From the NCBI GenBank assembly GCA_963666485.2, contig CAXXUO010000009.1, positions 64,001-128,000 on the forward strand: DNA of 64,000 nucleotides. Reading direction: 5' to 3'. Positions within the stretch are counted from its first letter, which is position 1. Every line of letters begins with the position of its first letter. Below the pieces are notes generated by a model. It was not told the origin of the DNA, searched no databases, and worked only from the letters and a program-made list of their open reading frames with translations. The DNA comes from Syntrophorhabdaceae bacterium. Lineage in GTDB: Bacteria; Desulfobacterota; Syntrophorhabdia; Syntrophorhabdales; Syntrophorhabdaceae. Shown piece after piece: positions 20,688 to 31,440 of this stretch. A program made the position numbers and the translations under genes.

Positions 20688-21713
20688 TCAAGGTATATTC
20701 AAATCAATTTTCTTATTGGAGAAGCGATCCTTTAACATCTTGACCCCTTTTTCTCTTATGGTTGGGTCTTTGCTGGAAATCATAGCTTCTATTGCCCTGT
20801 CCCAACCAATTGATTTAAAAACATAATAATGGGTTATTTCGCGCAGTTTCTTATCATCGCTATTCAAACCACCAATCATTCCAGCAATGGATTCTGGTGT
20901 CTTCAGTTTAACTAGGACATCCAAGGCTAGATGTCGAACCGATTCATCTGAATCTCCTAAAGCGGTGCCGAGCAGTGGAATGACCGATTCACCGAGTGCT
21001 GAAATTTTTGAATCAATATTATAATTACTTGTCGGAATTATCACGCAGTCTTCTGTATCGGGCGATTTACCTTTATCCGGATTACCTCTTGCGAAACCCA
21101 GCCAAAAACCACATAGAGCTTCCTTCCCATACTCATTCCCGATGTGTCTTGAAATTGTTTCAAACATTGCATCTGGAAACCCAGCCTTTTTAAAGGCTTC
21201 CGCGTATGGCGCTTTATGTATGTCATCGGGACCGTACGGTACGCTTTTTGGAAGAGGATATTTTCCTATATATTCCTTGGTTAATTTAGACTGACCGGGC
21301 AAAAGGTAGGCAACAATAGCAATAACATTTACGCCAGTATACAGTATTTGATCGGGACGATTGACACAGCTATTACCGGTACCCACGCAAATGTATTTGC
21401 CCGAAAGCGCTTCCGCTTTCAAATTTATGTCGATGTGAAAATCACAACGCTCCGAATTATTGGCGATCGTGAAGCCTGCGCCGGCGAGAGCATTCTTCAA
21501 GCGAACATCTATAGGAAAGAATACATTCTTAATACCTTTAAATTGATTTTTCATACGAACACATGCTGAGACATTTTGTTTTTTGGCAGATACAGAAATC
21601 GGGGGCTTCACATTGCCCCTGGGAGCCTCGATATTTCCTTTGCAACAAGCAAAGACCACGAAACAAGTGAGACAGGCAATTATTCTAAGAATTTTCACGT
21701 TCAAAATCCTCAA
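20688..21713 (-). CDS. lipoprotein with C-terminal HEAT repeats
   Basis: Lipobox FACC; IPLLGTALGDSDESVRHLALDVL is a HEAT-like repeat. Confidence 0.7.
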   Translation of the reverse strand: MRILNVKILRIIACLTCFVVFACCKGNIEAPRGNVKPPISVSAKKQNVSACVRMKNQFKGIKNVFFPIDVRLKNALAGAGFTIANNSERCDFHIDINLKAEALSGKYICVGTGNSCVNRPDQILYTGVNVIAIVAYLLPGQSKLTKEYIGKYPLPKSVPYGPDDIHKAPYAEAFKKAGFPDAMFETISRHIGNEYGKEALCGFWLGFARGNPDKGKSPDTEDCVIIPTSNYNIDSKISALGESVIPLLGTALGDSDESVRHLALDVLVKLKTPESIAGMIGGLNSDDKKLREITHYYVFKSIGWDRAIEAMISSKDPTIREKGVKMLKDRFSNKKIDLNIP

Positions 21714-21960
21714 GAAGAATTATGTTTCCAAAACCACATTTACTAATAGATTTGGCACTAGTATGGTATTTTTATATTTCATTTTCTATGATTAACGCAA
21801 TGTAAAACATGACGACAGATTAAATATCCCATTTCCCTATCCCGAAATTATAAAATTACATTTCTGTTTTGTTTTAATCCTGTTTTTGATAACATGATTC
21901 CAAGGAAGCTAGGGTAGTCCCCAATACATCCATCAAATTTCGATAAGCTTGGAGATTCAA

Positions 21961-24282
21961 ATGACCAGAAAAATGAGGTTGGGATTTTACTGTCTGCTCG
22001 TTATCATCTGTTCGGCGTTTCTGGGATGCTATGCAATGGGTCCCAAGAATGCCGATATGTATTCACGGGGTCAATTTACCGATCTCGCGAAATACCAGGA
22101 AGAACGGCTGAAAACAACCTCAAATCCCGTCGAATGGTATTACCTGTGCGAAAGTTATTCCAACCTCAAACAATACAATAAACTGTTCCAATGTCTTGAT
22201 AATCTTGAAAACTCCATAAGATCCAGCTCTATAGATTATGTTTATTCGATGAACCCCTACATGCTGCGCGCTCTCGCCTATACGGAATTGGGTGAATACG
22301 ACAAAGCGCTGACAGAGGCCCGGAAAGATTTCAAGCAACCCGCACAAGTTGGGGCAGATGGTCAGATGGTCAAATCAATAAATCAGGTCAAGAAACTATC
22401 ATTATTGACCACTATATATATTTTGAAGAATGATCGAGAAAGAGCTGCGGCAACCCTTAAGACGCTCGAAACTTTTGACCTTCCGGTTTATGGCTGGGGA
22501 AGAGTCAGGTTCGAGAAACGTAACGGATTGGCCAAAGGTTATATGGGGCTCGGAGATTATAATAAGGCCCTGTCCAATCTGCAGGAAGAGGGAGGCATGG
22601 CAGCCTTAAACGCGGTATTGAGCCCTCTTGCAAATATCGTCTTGTCAGGTAATCAGCCTTTTGCTGAAGAAAGATATGATTCGTATTTACAAGTTCCCAG
22701 GCTTTTTATGCTGAATAAAGCACTCTTTGAAACGGGGCAACTTGAAAAAGCCAAAGAGGGATACGAAGAATTGCTCAAGAAGGCCCAGATATCCAGCAAT
22801 GGTGAAATATACTGGATGACTCTCTATGATCGCGGCAGAATTGCAGAAAAGGAAGGAAATCTAAAGGAAGCTGCCGGTTTTTATCAAAAAGCCATCGAAG
22901 TAATCGAGCAACAGCGGTCAACCATCAACACAGAGGTTAACAAGATTGGTTTCGTTACAAATAAGCAGGATGTGTATCACCGGCTCATTCGTGTTTTCTA
23001 CAATCAAAACGAATTCGGGAGGGCCTTTGAATACGTGGAGCGCTCCAAATCCCGGGCATTAGTCGATCTCCTGGCATCCGTTAAGGACTTTGCTATTAAG
23101 GGAGATAATGAAAAAGACATAAAAATAGACTTGGCGCTCAATGAAGAGAATGAAATCAATTCGGTAAGTCAGGATGTTACGGTCGATAAGGCAAAAACCA
23201 GATCATCTCTCGTCAAATCAAATCAGGATTTAAGAGCGAAAGCGCCCGAACTGGCTTCCCTCGTGTCTGTCACGTCTTACCCGATTCAGGAGTTGTCCAA
23301 ACTCATTCCGCCGGATGAAATGCTGATCGAATATTATTACCACCGGGAGGACATGTATGTTTTTGTTCTTTCCCGGAAAGGAATGATTCAGGCGGCCAAG
23401 ATCGACAATAATAACCTGGAGGCAGATATTCGTAAGTTTCGCCGAGACCTGGAATCACCCAGATCCTCTAATTCATCGGTATTATCGCAGAAATTATACA
23501 AAACGTTATTTGAACCGATAAACAAATATATCACCGTCTCTAAATTAACAATAATTCCCCACGGTGCACTCCATTATTTACCCGTGAATATTCTTTCTGA
23601 CGGAAACAAATACATTATCGATCGCTTCAGTATACGCGTAATGCCGAGCGCCAGCGCGATAAAATACATCGGTGACAAGAAATCCGACAGAAAGACCGGG
23701 GCACTCATCTTTGGAAACCCTGACTTAGGCAATCCAAGCGATGATCTCGTTTACGCAGAAAAAGAAGCCAAGAATATATCCAGCATCATACCTGCGTCCA
23801 AACTCCTTGTAAGGAAAGAAGCCACTGAAACTGCATTGCGTAGTTTTGGAGGATCGTATAAATACATTCATTTTGCTACCCATGGCCAATTTAACCCTAT
23901 TAGTCCATTAAATTCGGCTCTTCTTTTATCGCCCGATACCCGATCTAACGGTATATTAACGGTGGGCAAACTTTATTCACTTCGACTTGATTCCGATCTG
24001 GTTACACTAAGTGCGTGTGAAACGGGCCTTAGCAGAACGGCGAGCGGTGACGATCTCGTTGGTTTGACTCGTGGCTTTCTCTACGCAGGCTGTAAGGGTA
24101 TCATTGCCAGTCTGTGGAGGGTCGATGATGAAGCGACAGCCTATTTAATGGTCAGGTTCTATAAAGAACTCGATAAAAATAACAAACGTGAAGCCTTACG
24201 GATCGCGCAGCTGGATGCAAAAAAGAAATACAATCATCCCTTCTATTGGGCGTCTTTCCAGATAACGGGGAATGATAACTAA
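21961..24282 (+). CDS. TPR-CHAT (caspase-like) domain lipoprotein
   Basis: Lipobox FLGC, TPRs, ERSKSRAL, IIPHGALHYLP, catalytic HFATHG and LSACETG, SLW.V.D, HPFYWASF. Confidence 0.9.
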   Translation: MTRKMRLGFYCLLVIICSAFLGCYAMGPKNADMYSRGQFTDLAKYQEERLKTTSNPVEWYYLCESYSNLKQYNKLFQCLDNLENSIRSSSIDYVYSMNPYMLRALAYTELGEYDKALTEARKDFKQPAQVGADGQMVKSINQVKKLSLLTTIYILKNDRERAAATLKTLETFDLPVYGWGRVRFEKRNGLAKGYMGLGDYNKALSNLQEEGGMAALNAVLSPLANIVLSGNQPFAEERYDSYLQVPRLFMLNKALFETGQLEKAKEGYEELLKKAQISSNGEIYWMTLYDRGRIAEKEGNLKEAAGFYQKAIEVIEQQRSTINTEVNKIGFVTNKQDVYHRLIRVFYNQNEFGRAFEYVERSKSRALVDLLASVKDFAIKGDNEKDIKIDLALNEENEINSVSQDVTVDKAKTRSSLVKSNQDLRAKAPELASLVSVTSYPIQELSKLIPPDEMLIEYYYHREDMYVFVLSRKGMIQAAKIDNNNLEADIRKFRRDLESPRSSNSSVLSQKLYKTLFEPINKYITVSKLTIIPHGALHYLPVNILSDGNKYIIDRFSIRVMPSASAIKYIGDKKSDRKTGALIFGNPDLGNPSDDLVYAEKEAKNISSIIPASKLLVRKEATETALRSFGGSYKYIHFATHGQFNPISPLNSALLLSPDTRSNGILTVGKLYSLRLDSDLVTLSACETGLSRTASGDDLVGLTRGFLYAGCKGIIASLWRVDDEATAYLMVRFYKELDKNNKREALRIAQLDAKKKYNHPFYWASFQITGNDN

Positions 24283-24397
24283 TGACGTTCACACTGCGTG
24301 TCGATAAAGGGCTTACACCTAATGGACAAATTTATTGTCAAAGATACGGCGGGCGAAACACGAATATTTGACACCGAATAAGTTTAAAGGGCTAAAA

Positions 24398-24889
24398 ATG
24401 AACAAAATATTAACGACTCTTTTATTAATTCTCCTATTGTGTACTTTTGGGTGTGGTGAAAATAAACAAGAAGCAGCGATAGCATCTCCGGCTGAAAGAG
24501 AATGGATCTCGCTTGGCAATACGGGGGATGATTATGAATTATTCTACGATAGACGAAACATAGAGAGAATCAACGACCCAATAATAAGGGTTTGGACGAA
24601 GCAAGTCTACAACGACAACGGCATAAGACAATACGTCGAGAAGATGACTAAAGTAGATAGTTCCTTCAAAAAGTTTCAGAAACTGAACTTCAGATATATT
24701 GAAGAATTCTTGGAATTAAACTGTAAAACGAGAGATTGGCGATTCATAGCACGAACCCATTATAGTGCAAACAAGTCTGTCATTAAATCCGAAAAAGTTG
24801 GGCAGCTAAATCCCACAGAGGGATGGTTACCCTTGGACACGCTGCAAGAAAAGATATGGCATGCAGAATGTCCATTCAAAAAACCTTAA
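24398..24889 (+). CDS. lipoprotein, surface-adhesin E-like
   Basis: Lipobox FGC; W..LG...FYD...I...IRVW.K...ELNC pattern. Confidence 0.55.
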   Translation: MNKILTTLLLILLLCTFGCGENKQEAAIASPAEREWISLGNTGDDYELFYDRRNIERINDPIIRVWTKQVYNDNGIRQYVEKMTKVDSSFKKFQKLNFRYIEEFLELNCKTRDWRFIARTHYSANKSVIKSEKVGQLNPTEGWLPLDTLQEKIWHAECPFKKP

Positions 24890-25021
24890 TCAAACAAGGA
24901 TTAAAACGTTGCTGCATTTGTTTCCAGTTATTTAAAAATAGCAGGGTGCCAAATTATACAAAAAACTGGATATTTGGCCTGACAAGGGAGAATGTTCGAG
25001 ACACTTAAGTATCTAAAAACA

Positions 25022-25069
25022 AAGAAGCGCGCCTGTGGTGACTCGAACACCAAACCTACGGATTAGAAG
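25022..25069 (-). repeat. att site: 48-bp copy of the tRNA-Arg 3' half plus flank
   Basis: Identical to 58068-58115. Confidence 0.95.
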
Positions 25070-25183
25070 GCATTAACCCTCGGTTTCCTAACCTCCTCAA
25101 ATTAGGGAACTATTGGAAATGATTGAACATTAATTTAGCACATTTTCCATGCTTTTGCCGATTTTAGCAGGGTTTGGAAAGTT

Positions 25184-25207
25184 TTTCTCACACGGATTCA
25201 CACACGG
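25184..25207 (+). repeat. putative integrase arm-type sites (2 x 12 bp)
   Basis: TTTCTCACACGG-ATTCACACACGG, matching the repeats at 57970-58005. Confidence 0.75.
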
Positions 25208-25343
25208 GAATCCAATTTTGTTCTTGGCAATAAATGATCTAGTGCCATCTGAACGTATCTTTTTGTGGATTACGTCTGATAGAAATTAAAATCGAACTAC
25301 CCGAAGCACATTCCACTGTAACGTTAAAAGTTTTATCTTCCCA

Positions 25344-26096
25344 TCAAGTTTGTTTGGTGACCACATTTATATAATTATCCTTAATAACTTTTATTCTTTC
25401 CATTAATTTCTTTTTCTGAGGATTATTATCAATTGGCACCAGAAGTTGTTCATCATAAAAAGGATCGTTCATATCAATAGTGTTCATTAGTGTCCTGCGT
25501 GTTAGCAGGTTCGTAAAAATCGAATTGAATCGAAGACAGTTTTTATACGGCTGATTCATAAATGGTAAATCAGATTGTGCTGTTTGAACATTTTTTACAT
25601 TATATAGTCTTTCACAAAGAGAGGAAACATTTCCTGGTTCTGAAAACAGAAAAGGACTTCCACCTAAAGCTCCGGTGTCAAAGTATACATGTCTTCCATT
25701 TAACGACCCGAACCAAGCCAAATAAAGGCTCTGTATTTGTTTGTAACCATAAATAATATAAAATAAATCTCTAGGTATTCTATTTGAATCATATTTGTGG
25801 AAATGTCTTTTAACTCTGTTAGGCGGAATATGCAGGAAAAATTTATTCAATGGAATTTCCCATTCATATTCCCATTTGAAAGATCCGTCTTGTAATCTTA
25901 TTCGATTGAACTTAGGAGAAATAACCCAAAAGGTTACCCTATATTTATAACTAAAAATATTGTCGAGCAGATTAAGAATTTCCTGCTCCCCCCATGTAAA
26001 CTCCTTTGACATAAATTCAGGAACAAACATCTCCCCCCTATGAATCGCTTTAACGATAGTTTCAATGGGAAATTCCGAAGCAAGTCCATATAGCAT
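25344..26096 (-). CDS. degenerate DUF262 (GmrSD N-terminal)-like protein
   Basis: I..I.RGE..VPEF...FTW....I.NLLDNI layout, but the QR and DGQQR motifs are replaced by MSK and YGYKQ. Confidence 0.45.
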   Translation of the reverse strand: MLYGLASEFPIETIVKAIHRGEMFVPEFMSKEFTWGEQEILNLLDNIFSYKYRVTFWVISPKFNRIRLQDGSFKWEYEWEIPLNKFFLHIPPNRVKRHFHKYDSNRIPRDLFYIIYGYKQIQSLYLAWFGSLNGRHVYFDTGALGGSPFLFSEPGNVSSLCERLYNVKNVQTAQSDLPFMNQPYKNCLRFNSIFTNLLTRRTLMNTIDMNDPFYDEQLLVPIDNNPQKKKLMERIKVIKDNYINVVTKQT

Positions 26097-26305
26097 ATGA
26101 TTATTGATCCTTATTTTAAATTTAGTATACTTTTATTTGTGAATAACCCAAACGAATTATTTGAAAATCTTTATCGTGATTCGAAATACGGATCGTTTTG
26201 TCCCTCATCTAGTGTTCCAAGCCCAATATAATTTCAAGCTTATTAATTCAATAAATCCCGAAAAAGATCTAACCATTTAATGACATCTTCATCGGATAAT
26301 TCAGT

Positions 26306-26682
26306 TCATTTTATGTAATGACTTTCCGCGTGGATCGCTTTTTCAACAAAATCTTCATAATCCTCGTATTTAGAATCATCTGTAACCAGATATAGAATAT
26401 CAGGGATGCAACCAGCTTTTAACATGTTTATGAATTCCTCTGGCTCCAATTCCCAACCGTCTCCATATGTCAGGTCAATGCCATCCATATATTTAGTCAA
26501 GTCATATGTTTCGTTATGTTCCAGGGACATCCCATCATTATCCAACCTGCATAAAAATGCCTCTTGGATCCTTTGGTAAAATACACGGGAACAGTGTAAT
26601 CCTGAATTCTAAGGGGACCATAGAATCCTTCTTCATCAATACTGTAAGCGAGACCTCCATATATACCATGCGGAAATACCAA
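26306..26682 (-). pseudogene. possible frameshifted hypothetical gene
   Basis: Two overlapping minus-strand ORFs (26497-26682, 26306-26545) could join near a short A/T run at about 26553-26557. Confidence 0.3.
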
Positions 26683-27083
26683 GTTACCTTTTCCCGATTT
26701 TTATTTTGTTATGATCTTGCGCAGACTCATTAATTTCATCATTTCACCCATGATATAAGAAGCAGCCGTAATTTAAAACTGATAAATCGGCAAATATCGC
26801 TTGCCACGCCTTGATTGAATACCTGATCTGCTAAGTCTTAAGATATTACTAATAGGCTGCATGTTAATCAAGAATTCATTCGCCGCTCTCAATAACAAAG
26901 TGATTGTCATTGAATCCAAAGACGACACCCAGAAGACGGAATTTTAATTTTCATCTAATTTCATCAACATCTGGATAACCACTATTCAGTCCTTTAAGCC
27001 GCAGCACTTGAAATAACTTGCCGCATGGATGTACTATGAAATAATCGATACATGCATAGTTCTGACATAAAAAAAGGAATGGG

Positions 27084-28025
27084 TTGGTTATGCTAAAGAT
27101 ATTAAGTTATCTGGAACGCAGACAAAACCGCAAGCTAGCGCATAAACTTGGTGATATTTACAATATGCAGGGAAAGCACTATGAAAAGTCTGGCCAATAT
27201 TTACTAGCTCTTAATTATTACTTATTTGCTATAGAAATTTGGAATATTGCGATTGAGCAACTCGGAGCTGACAAAGATAAATATGCTTATAGCAGTAGAG
27301 GTTACCTTCATGAGAAATTAGAGAATTTTCAGGAAGCTTATAGAGATTATGAAATTGCTCGATCACTGGGAGATAGCTTTGCACAGTATCGGGCAGAGGA
27401 TGTTGCCCACAAAATATCACGTTTTCATGGATTTGAATTTTTTGAACGGGATAGCAATATACCTCCAGATGACTCTGGGACAAAAATGATTCGAGAGCCT
27501 GATAACCCTGATCCTGAAATGATTTTAGACTTTAGTCGCATCGATTTAGAGGACCTCAAGATGCAAGTTGAAGCGTCGATAATCGAAAGCATTGCGGCAG
27601 AACATCCTGAGACGATGGAAGAGTACGGTTTGGACTGGATAAAAGATCGAGATAAATATAAAGAACGCGCAGACTACAGCTACCTAATGGAGGATTTCGA
27701 AACAGCCGCAGAATTATATACCAAAATATTGGATGGCGATCATGAAGATGACGAGATACTTCGGGAATATGCGTCAGAACATTTAGAAATGTATATCCGT
27801 CGGGCGATGGCGCATGATGAGTCGGGCAAAATTAACGATGCAATAACTGATTATAGTAAAGTCCTTAGTATTAACCCACGACTAACAGCACTCTATATTA
27901 AACGAGGACAAGCTAAAATGCGTTCGGGAGATTATACCGATGCAATGCAAGATTATAACAAGGCTTTTGAAAAAGATGAAAGATTAAGATTTATCTTCGA
28001 TAAGTCATTGAAAAACCCTACATGA
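27084..28025 (+). CDS. TPR protein
   Basis: Several TPR-like units, e.g. AYSSRGYLHEKLENFQEAYRDY and LYIKRGQAKMRSGDYTDAMQDY. Confidence 0.8.
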   Translation: MVMLKILSYLERRQNRKLAHKLGDIYNMQGKHYEKSGQYLLALNYYLFAIEIWNIAIEQLGADKDKYAYSSRGYLHEKLENFQEAYRDYEIARSLGDSFAQYRAEDVAHKISRFHGFEFFERDSNIPPDDSGTKMIREPDNPDPEMILDFSRIDLEDLKMQVEASIIESIAAEHPETMEEYGLDWIKDRDKYKERADYSYLMEDFETAAELYTKILDGDHEDDEILREYASEHLEMYIRRAMAHDESGKINDAITDYSKVLSINPRLTALYIKRGQAKMRSGDYTDAMQDYNKAFEKDERLRFIFDKSLKNPT

Positions 28026-28065
28026 TGACTTTGTATCAAGGTGGTTGGAGAAACAGGAGCAACAT

Positions 28066-28647
28066 TTATTTCCCGTTATTAGCTCTCTTTTCTTCTTTGC
28101 CAGGGGAACTGGGAGGTGGTGCCACCCAAGCCATGATAGGGAAAAAGGCTTCGTTTTTAAAAATCTTGGCAAATCCCTGCCTAATAATCATCTGTTCGGA
28201 TTCAATGTCTCCATAGCCTTTTGGGTAATAATGTCCTCTTTTAATGTCAACTTTATTGAAATTAAATCCCATGCGAATGGACATTTTATGTAATAGCTCT
28301 GCTAAAAAATTTTCTCGCGTCTCTGCCCAATTCTTCCATCCCACTTCATCTTCTGTTTCTATATTAGCCGCTACATTGAAATGATCTCTCAATTCTTTCC
28401 AAGCATCATAAACAGCTTTTGTCTTTTCATCCTTTTCCGAAAACTCAATATCTATTCCGTTTAATGCTTGAACGTGAGTTGGAGACAATCCAGTTGCTCT
28501 TGTTACCATCAGTTTTCTGAAAATGTCCATTTTACGATTTTCAGCCTCTTGCTTTCTGCTGAGCCACTGACTAACTTGAATAGCGATTATAGGAGCCAAT
28601 ATGATGGCGCATACGTTGATGATGATTAGAATTGGATTAATGTTCAT
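28066..28647 (-). CDS. DUF6680-like protein
   Basis: AIILAPIIAIQV...KMDIFRKLMVTR...HVQALNGIDIEF...YYPKG pattern. Confidence 0.6.
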   Translation of the reverse strand: MNINPILIIINVCAIILAPIIAIQVSQWLSRKQEAENRKMDIFRKLMVTRATGLSPTHVQALNGIDIEFSEKDEKTKAVYDAWKELRDHFNVAANIETEDEVGWKNWAETRENFLAELLHKMSIRMGFNFNKVDIKRGHYYPKGYGDIESEQMIIRQGFAKIFKNEAFFPIMAWVAPPPSSPGKEEKRANNGK

Positions 28648-29097
28648 CCGGGCTCCTTCAGGAGGTTATTTTGCATTACTTTTGTATTTAATGTTTCAAT
28701 TTTATAATTGAATTAATTTACTCGTTTCAGAGGCGATCCTCATTGGATTCCCGCGGGAATCTTAATACACTTTGAACCATGTCCTTCATTTTCCAACAGA
28801 AGGGGCACAATCCATTCAAATTAAATAATCAAGACCAAGTGTCACATACCCAAAAGACATCCGAATTCCATAGCTCAATGGTTTGCTAGTGTAATATAAT
28901 AGAAGATTTATTCTTTCTCATCCAATTGACTTCTTTTTTAAGAATTATAAACTTTGAGTCTCAATCTCTTGCAAAATAGTAAAATATATTATGTAATTTA
29001 ATCATATTCACATGGATTCGTGACATAAAAAAATACAAAAACATATTCTAGTATCTCGATCGATTGATATTATGGTCCCGTCTAGGAGAGTAAATTT

Positions 29098-31377
29098 ATG
29101 AGTGAATTCTTAATTAATCTCGTTAAAGACCCTGATGCAATTAAGACAATCTATAGAGAACGTTCCAAATCATACGTGGAAAAAACTGTCTCCGGTAAAA
29201 ACATAGAGATAGCGCAAAAAAAGGCAGAAATTGAAGTTGGTGAGGGCTGGGAGATTCTGCCCAGAAAATTTAAGAAATCAGTAAAACTCAGAAAACAAAA
29301 GACAACTGATGTTAAATTAGAAGATGATATTTGGTCATTATTAGTACGAATGGGGTTTGATGAGTTTAGCAAGGATCGTAATTTTAAAATAGTTGTAAAT
29401 CCTAAAACTAACCCCAGACAAATAGACGTTTTTGCAAAGGATGATCAGACCATTTTATTGATCGAATGTACATGTTGCGAAGAAAGGAAGGAGAAAGATT
29501 TAAATAAGCTTTTAGAGAAAATCCTAAGCATTAGAACCGATGTCTTTAAATCCATAAGCCTACATTATGGTCCTGAAATAAAACTAAAGATGCGTTGGAT
29601 TATTGCTACAAGAAATATTGACTGGCGTCCGGTGGATCTCGAGAAAGCTGAAGCCAACAACATTGTGGTTCTAAGAGATGAGGAAATAGAATACTATCAC
29701 AAACTAACGACTTTATTAAAAAAAGCTGCGAAGTATCAATTATTAGCCCATATATTCGCTCAAGAGAAAATTCATGAAATGGAAATGAAAGTTCCAGCTA
29801 CAAGGGGTAGAATGGGTGGGCGGATATTCTATAACTTCCTCATTCGTCCAATTGATTTGCTTAAAATGGCTTATATAAGCCACAGACAAAGCCGTGATTT
29901 AGAAGACTACGAGACGTATCAGAGAATGCTGAAACCGATTCGATTAGTTTCTATAGCCAAGTATATCGATAATGGTGGTCAGTTCCCGACAAATATAGTG
30001 ATTAATATTAAGGCTAAGACAGGTTTACGATTTGATAAAAAAGAACAAATAGGTGAATCATCATTTGGCACTTTATATTTGCCAAATCATTATGCATCGG
30101 CTTGGGTCATAGATGGTCAACATAGATTGTATGGTTTCGCGTATTCTAAACGAATGGACGAACTGCAAGACAAGACAACTTTTCCCGTTTTGGCATATGA
30201 CAATTTACCGCCCTTGGAAGAAGCAAACCTTTTTGTTGATGTGAACTCCAAACAGGAACCTGTAAAACAGAATTTGATAAAAGAAATTTATGCCAATCTG
30301 AAATGGGTTTCCGAAGATGAAAAAGAAAGACTGGATGCTATGCGTTCGCGAACAGTTTTAAGGTTGAACGCAATGGCTAGATCGCCTTTTTTCGAACGAT
30401 TAGCTTTATCTAATATTACTAAGACTCATGAGAAATGCCTAACCTTGACGTCATTCGTAGACGGATTGAAAGAAAACAGATTATTTGGTGAATATACTCC
30501 GATTTTTAAACCAGGACCACTTTTTGCAACAAAAGAAAAAAAACCCGAGTCAACCCTAGAGAAAGCCTGTGACATATTAATTTATTATTTTGATTTATTC
30601 AAAAATGGTTTATCGCAACAGTGGTTATTAGGGGATGACAAGGGTGGTTTTTTCTTCACAAATAATGGAGTCAGGTGTCTGTTGGTGATCTTGAAAGAAA
30701 TATTGATCGATATTGAATACAAACTGGACGAAGACTTGGATGAATTACCGGCAGAAGCTTTCATTTCTTGTTTTGATGAGTATATAGACCCTCTTGTACA
30801 ACATTTTAAAGACAGTTCTCCAGAATTCATTGAAAAATTTAGAAAAAGACAAGCCCTATCTGGGGTAAACCAAAATGCCACCGAGATGATGTCATTCATT
30901 CATAGTAAGATGAAAGATTTTTGTCCTGATAGAGTCGCAAAGTATCTGGAAACTATTGACGAAATTGGAACCAGCGAAGCTCGGACTCTGATTGATGAAA
31001 TTCAAATGAAAATGTTTGATTTCGTCATAAAAAAACTAAAGGAGAAGCATGGGGAAAAATGGTGGTATGATGGTATTCCTGGTACGATTCGTGACGGTTG
31101 CGCTCGCAAACAGGAAGCAGAAAAGGGAATTAAGGATAAGGAGCAATATCTGGTTTTAATTGATTATAAGGATATTGCAGAACACAATTGGCCTGATCCA
31201 TTCGAAAAATATCTTTCAATCACAATGGATGGCGGCAAAAAAAAGAAACTCAGTTGGATACAAGAACTCAATACAATAAGAAATATTACGCACCATGTAG
31301 AAAAATGGCCCGCTACCAAAGATCAGGTCAGTTTTGTAAAAGAAGTTCATAATTTTATAAGTAATAATTTAATATAG
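29098..31377 (+). CDS. DGQHR (DndB-like) protein with an N-terminal restriction-endonuclease-like fold and a C-terminal Swt1-like HEPN domain
   Basis: QIDVFA...LIECT; YQR...FPTNIVI...VIDGQHRLYG...LFVDVNSKQ; C-terminal KWWYDGIP...ELNTIRNITHH (Rx4H). Confidence 0.85.
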   Translation: MSEFLINLVKDPDAIKTIYRERSKSYVEKTVSGKNIEIAQKKAEIEVGEGWEILPRKFKKSVKLRKQKTTDVKLEDDIWSLLVRMGFDEFSKDRNFKIVVNPKTNPRQIDVFAKDDQTILLIECTCCEERKEKDLNKLLEKILSIRTDVFKSISLHYGPEIKLKMRWIIATRNIDWRPVDLEKAEANNIVVLRDEEIEYYHKLTTLLKKAAKYQLLAHIFAQEKIHEMEMKVPATRGRMGGRIFYNFLIRPIDLLKMAYISHRQSRDLEDYETYQRMLKPIRLVSIAKYIDNGGQFPTNIVINIKAKTGLRFDKKEQIGESSFGTLYLPNHYASAWVIDGQHRLYGFAYSKRMDELQDKTTFPVLAYDNLPPLEEANLFVDVNSKQEPVKQNLIKEIYANLKWVSEDEKERLDAMRSRTVLRLNAMARSPFFERLALSNITKTHEKCLTLTSFVDGLKENRLFGEYTPIFKPGPLFATKEKKPESTLEKACDILIYYFDLFKNGLSQQWLLGDDKGGFFFTNNGVRCLLVILKEILIDIEYKLDEDLDELPAEAFISCFDEYIDPLVQHFKDSSPEFIEKFRKRQALSGVNQNATEMMSFIHSKMKDFCPDRVAKYLETIDEIGTSEARTLIDEIQMKMFDFVIKKLKEKHGEKWWYDGIPGTIRDGCARKQEAEKGIKDKEQYLVLIDYKDIAEHNWPDPFEKYLSITMDGGKKKKLSWIQELNTIRNITHHVEKWPATKDQVSFVKEVHNFISNNLI

Positions 31378-31440
31378 TATTTTTTGTTTTAAATCTTATG
31401 AATCAAAATACATGGTGCAACCACTAATTACCTGTTCTAT

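Larger units (their letters stand above)
20440..25069. mobile_element. integrase-less genomic islet in tandem at tRNA-Arg
   Basis: Bounded by two tRNA 3' direct repeats, AT-richer than the flank, no integrase inside. Confidence 0.75.

Noticed and set aside
20440..25069. Additional tRNA genes at 20440 and 25022
   Set aside because: Only the 3' half up to the anticodon loop is present; these are att repeats.
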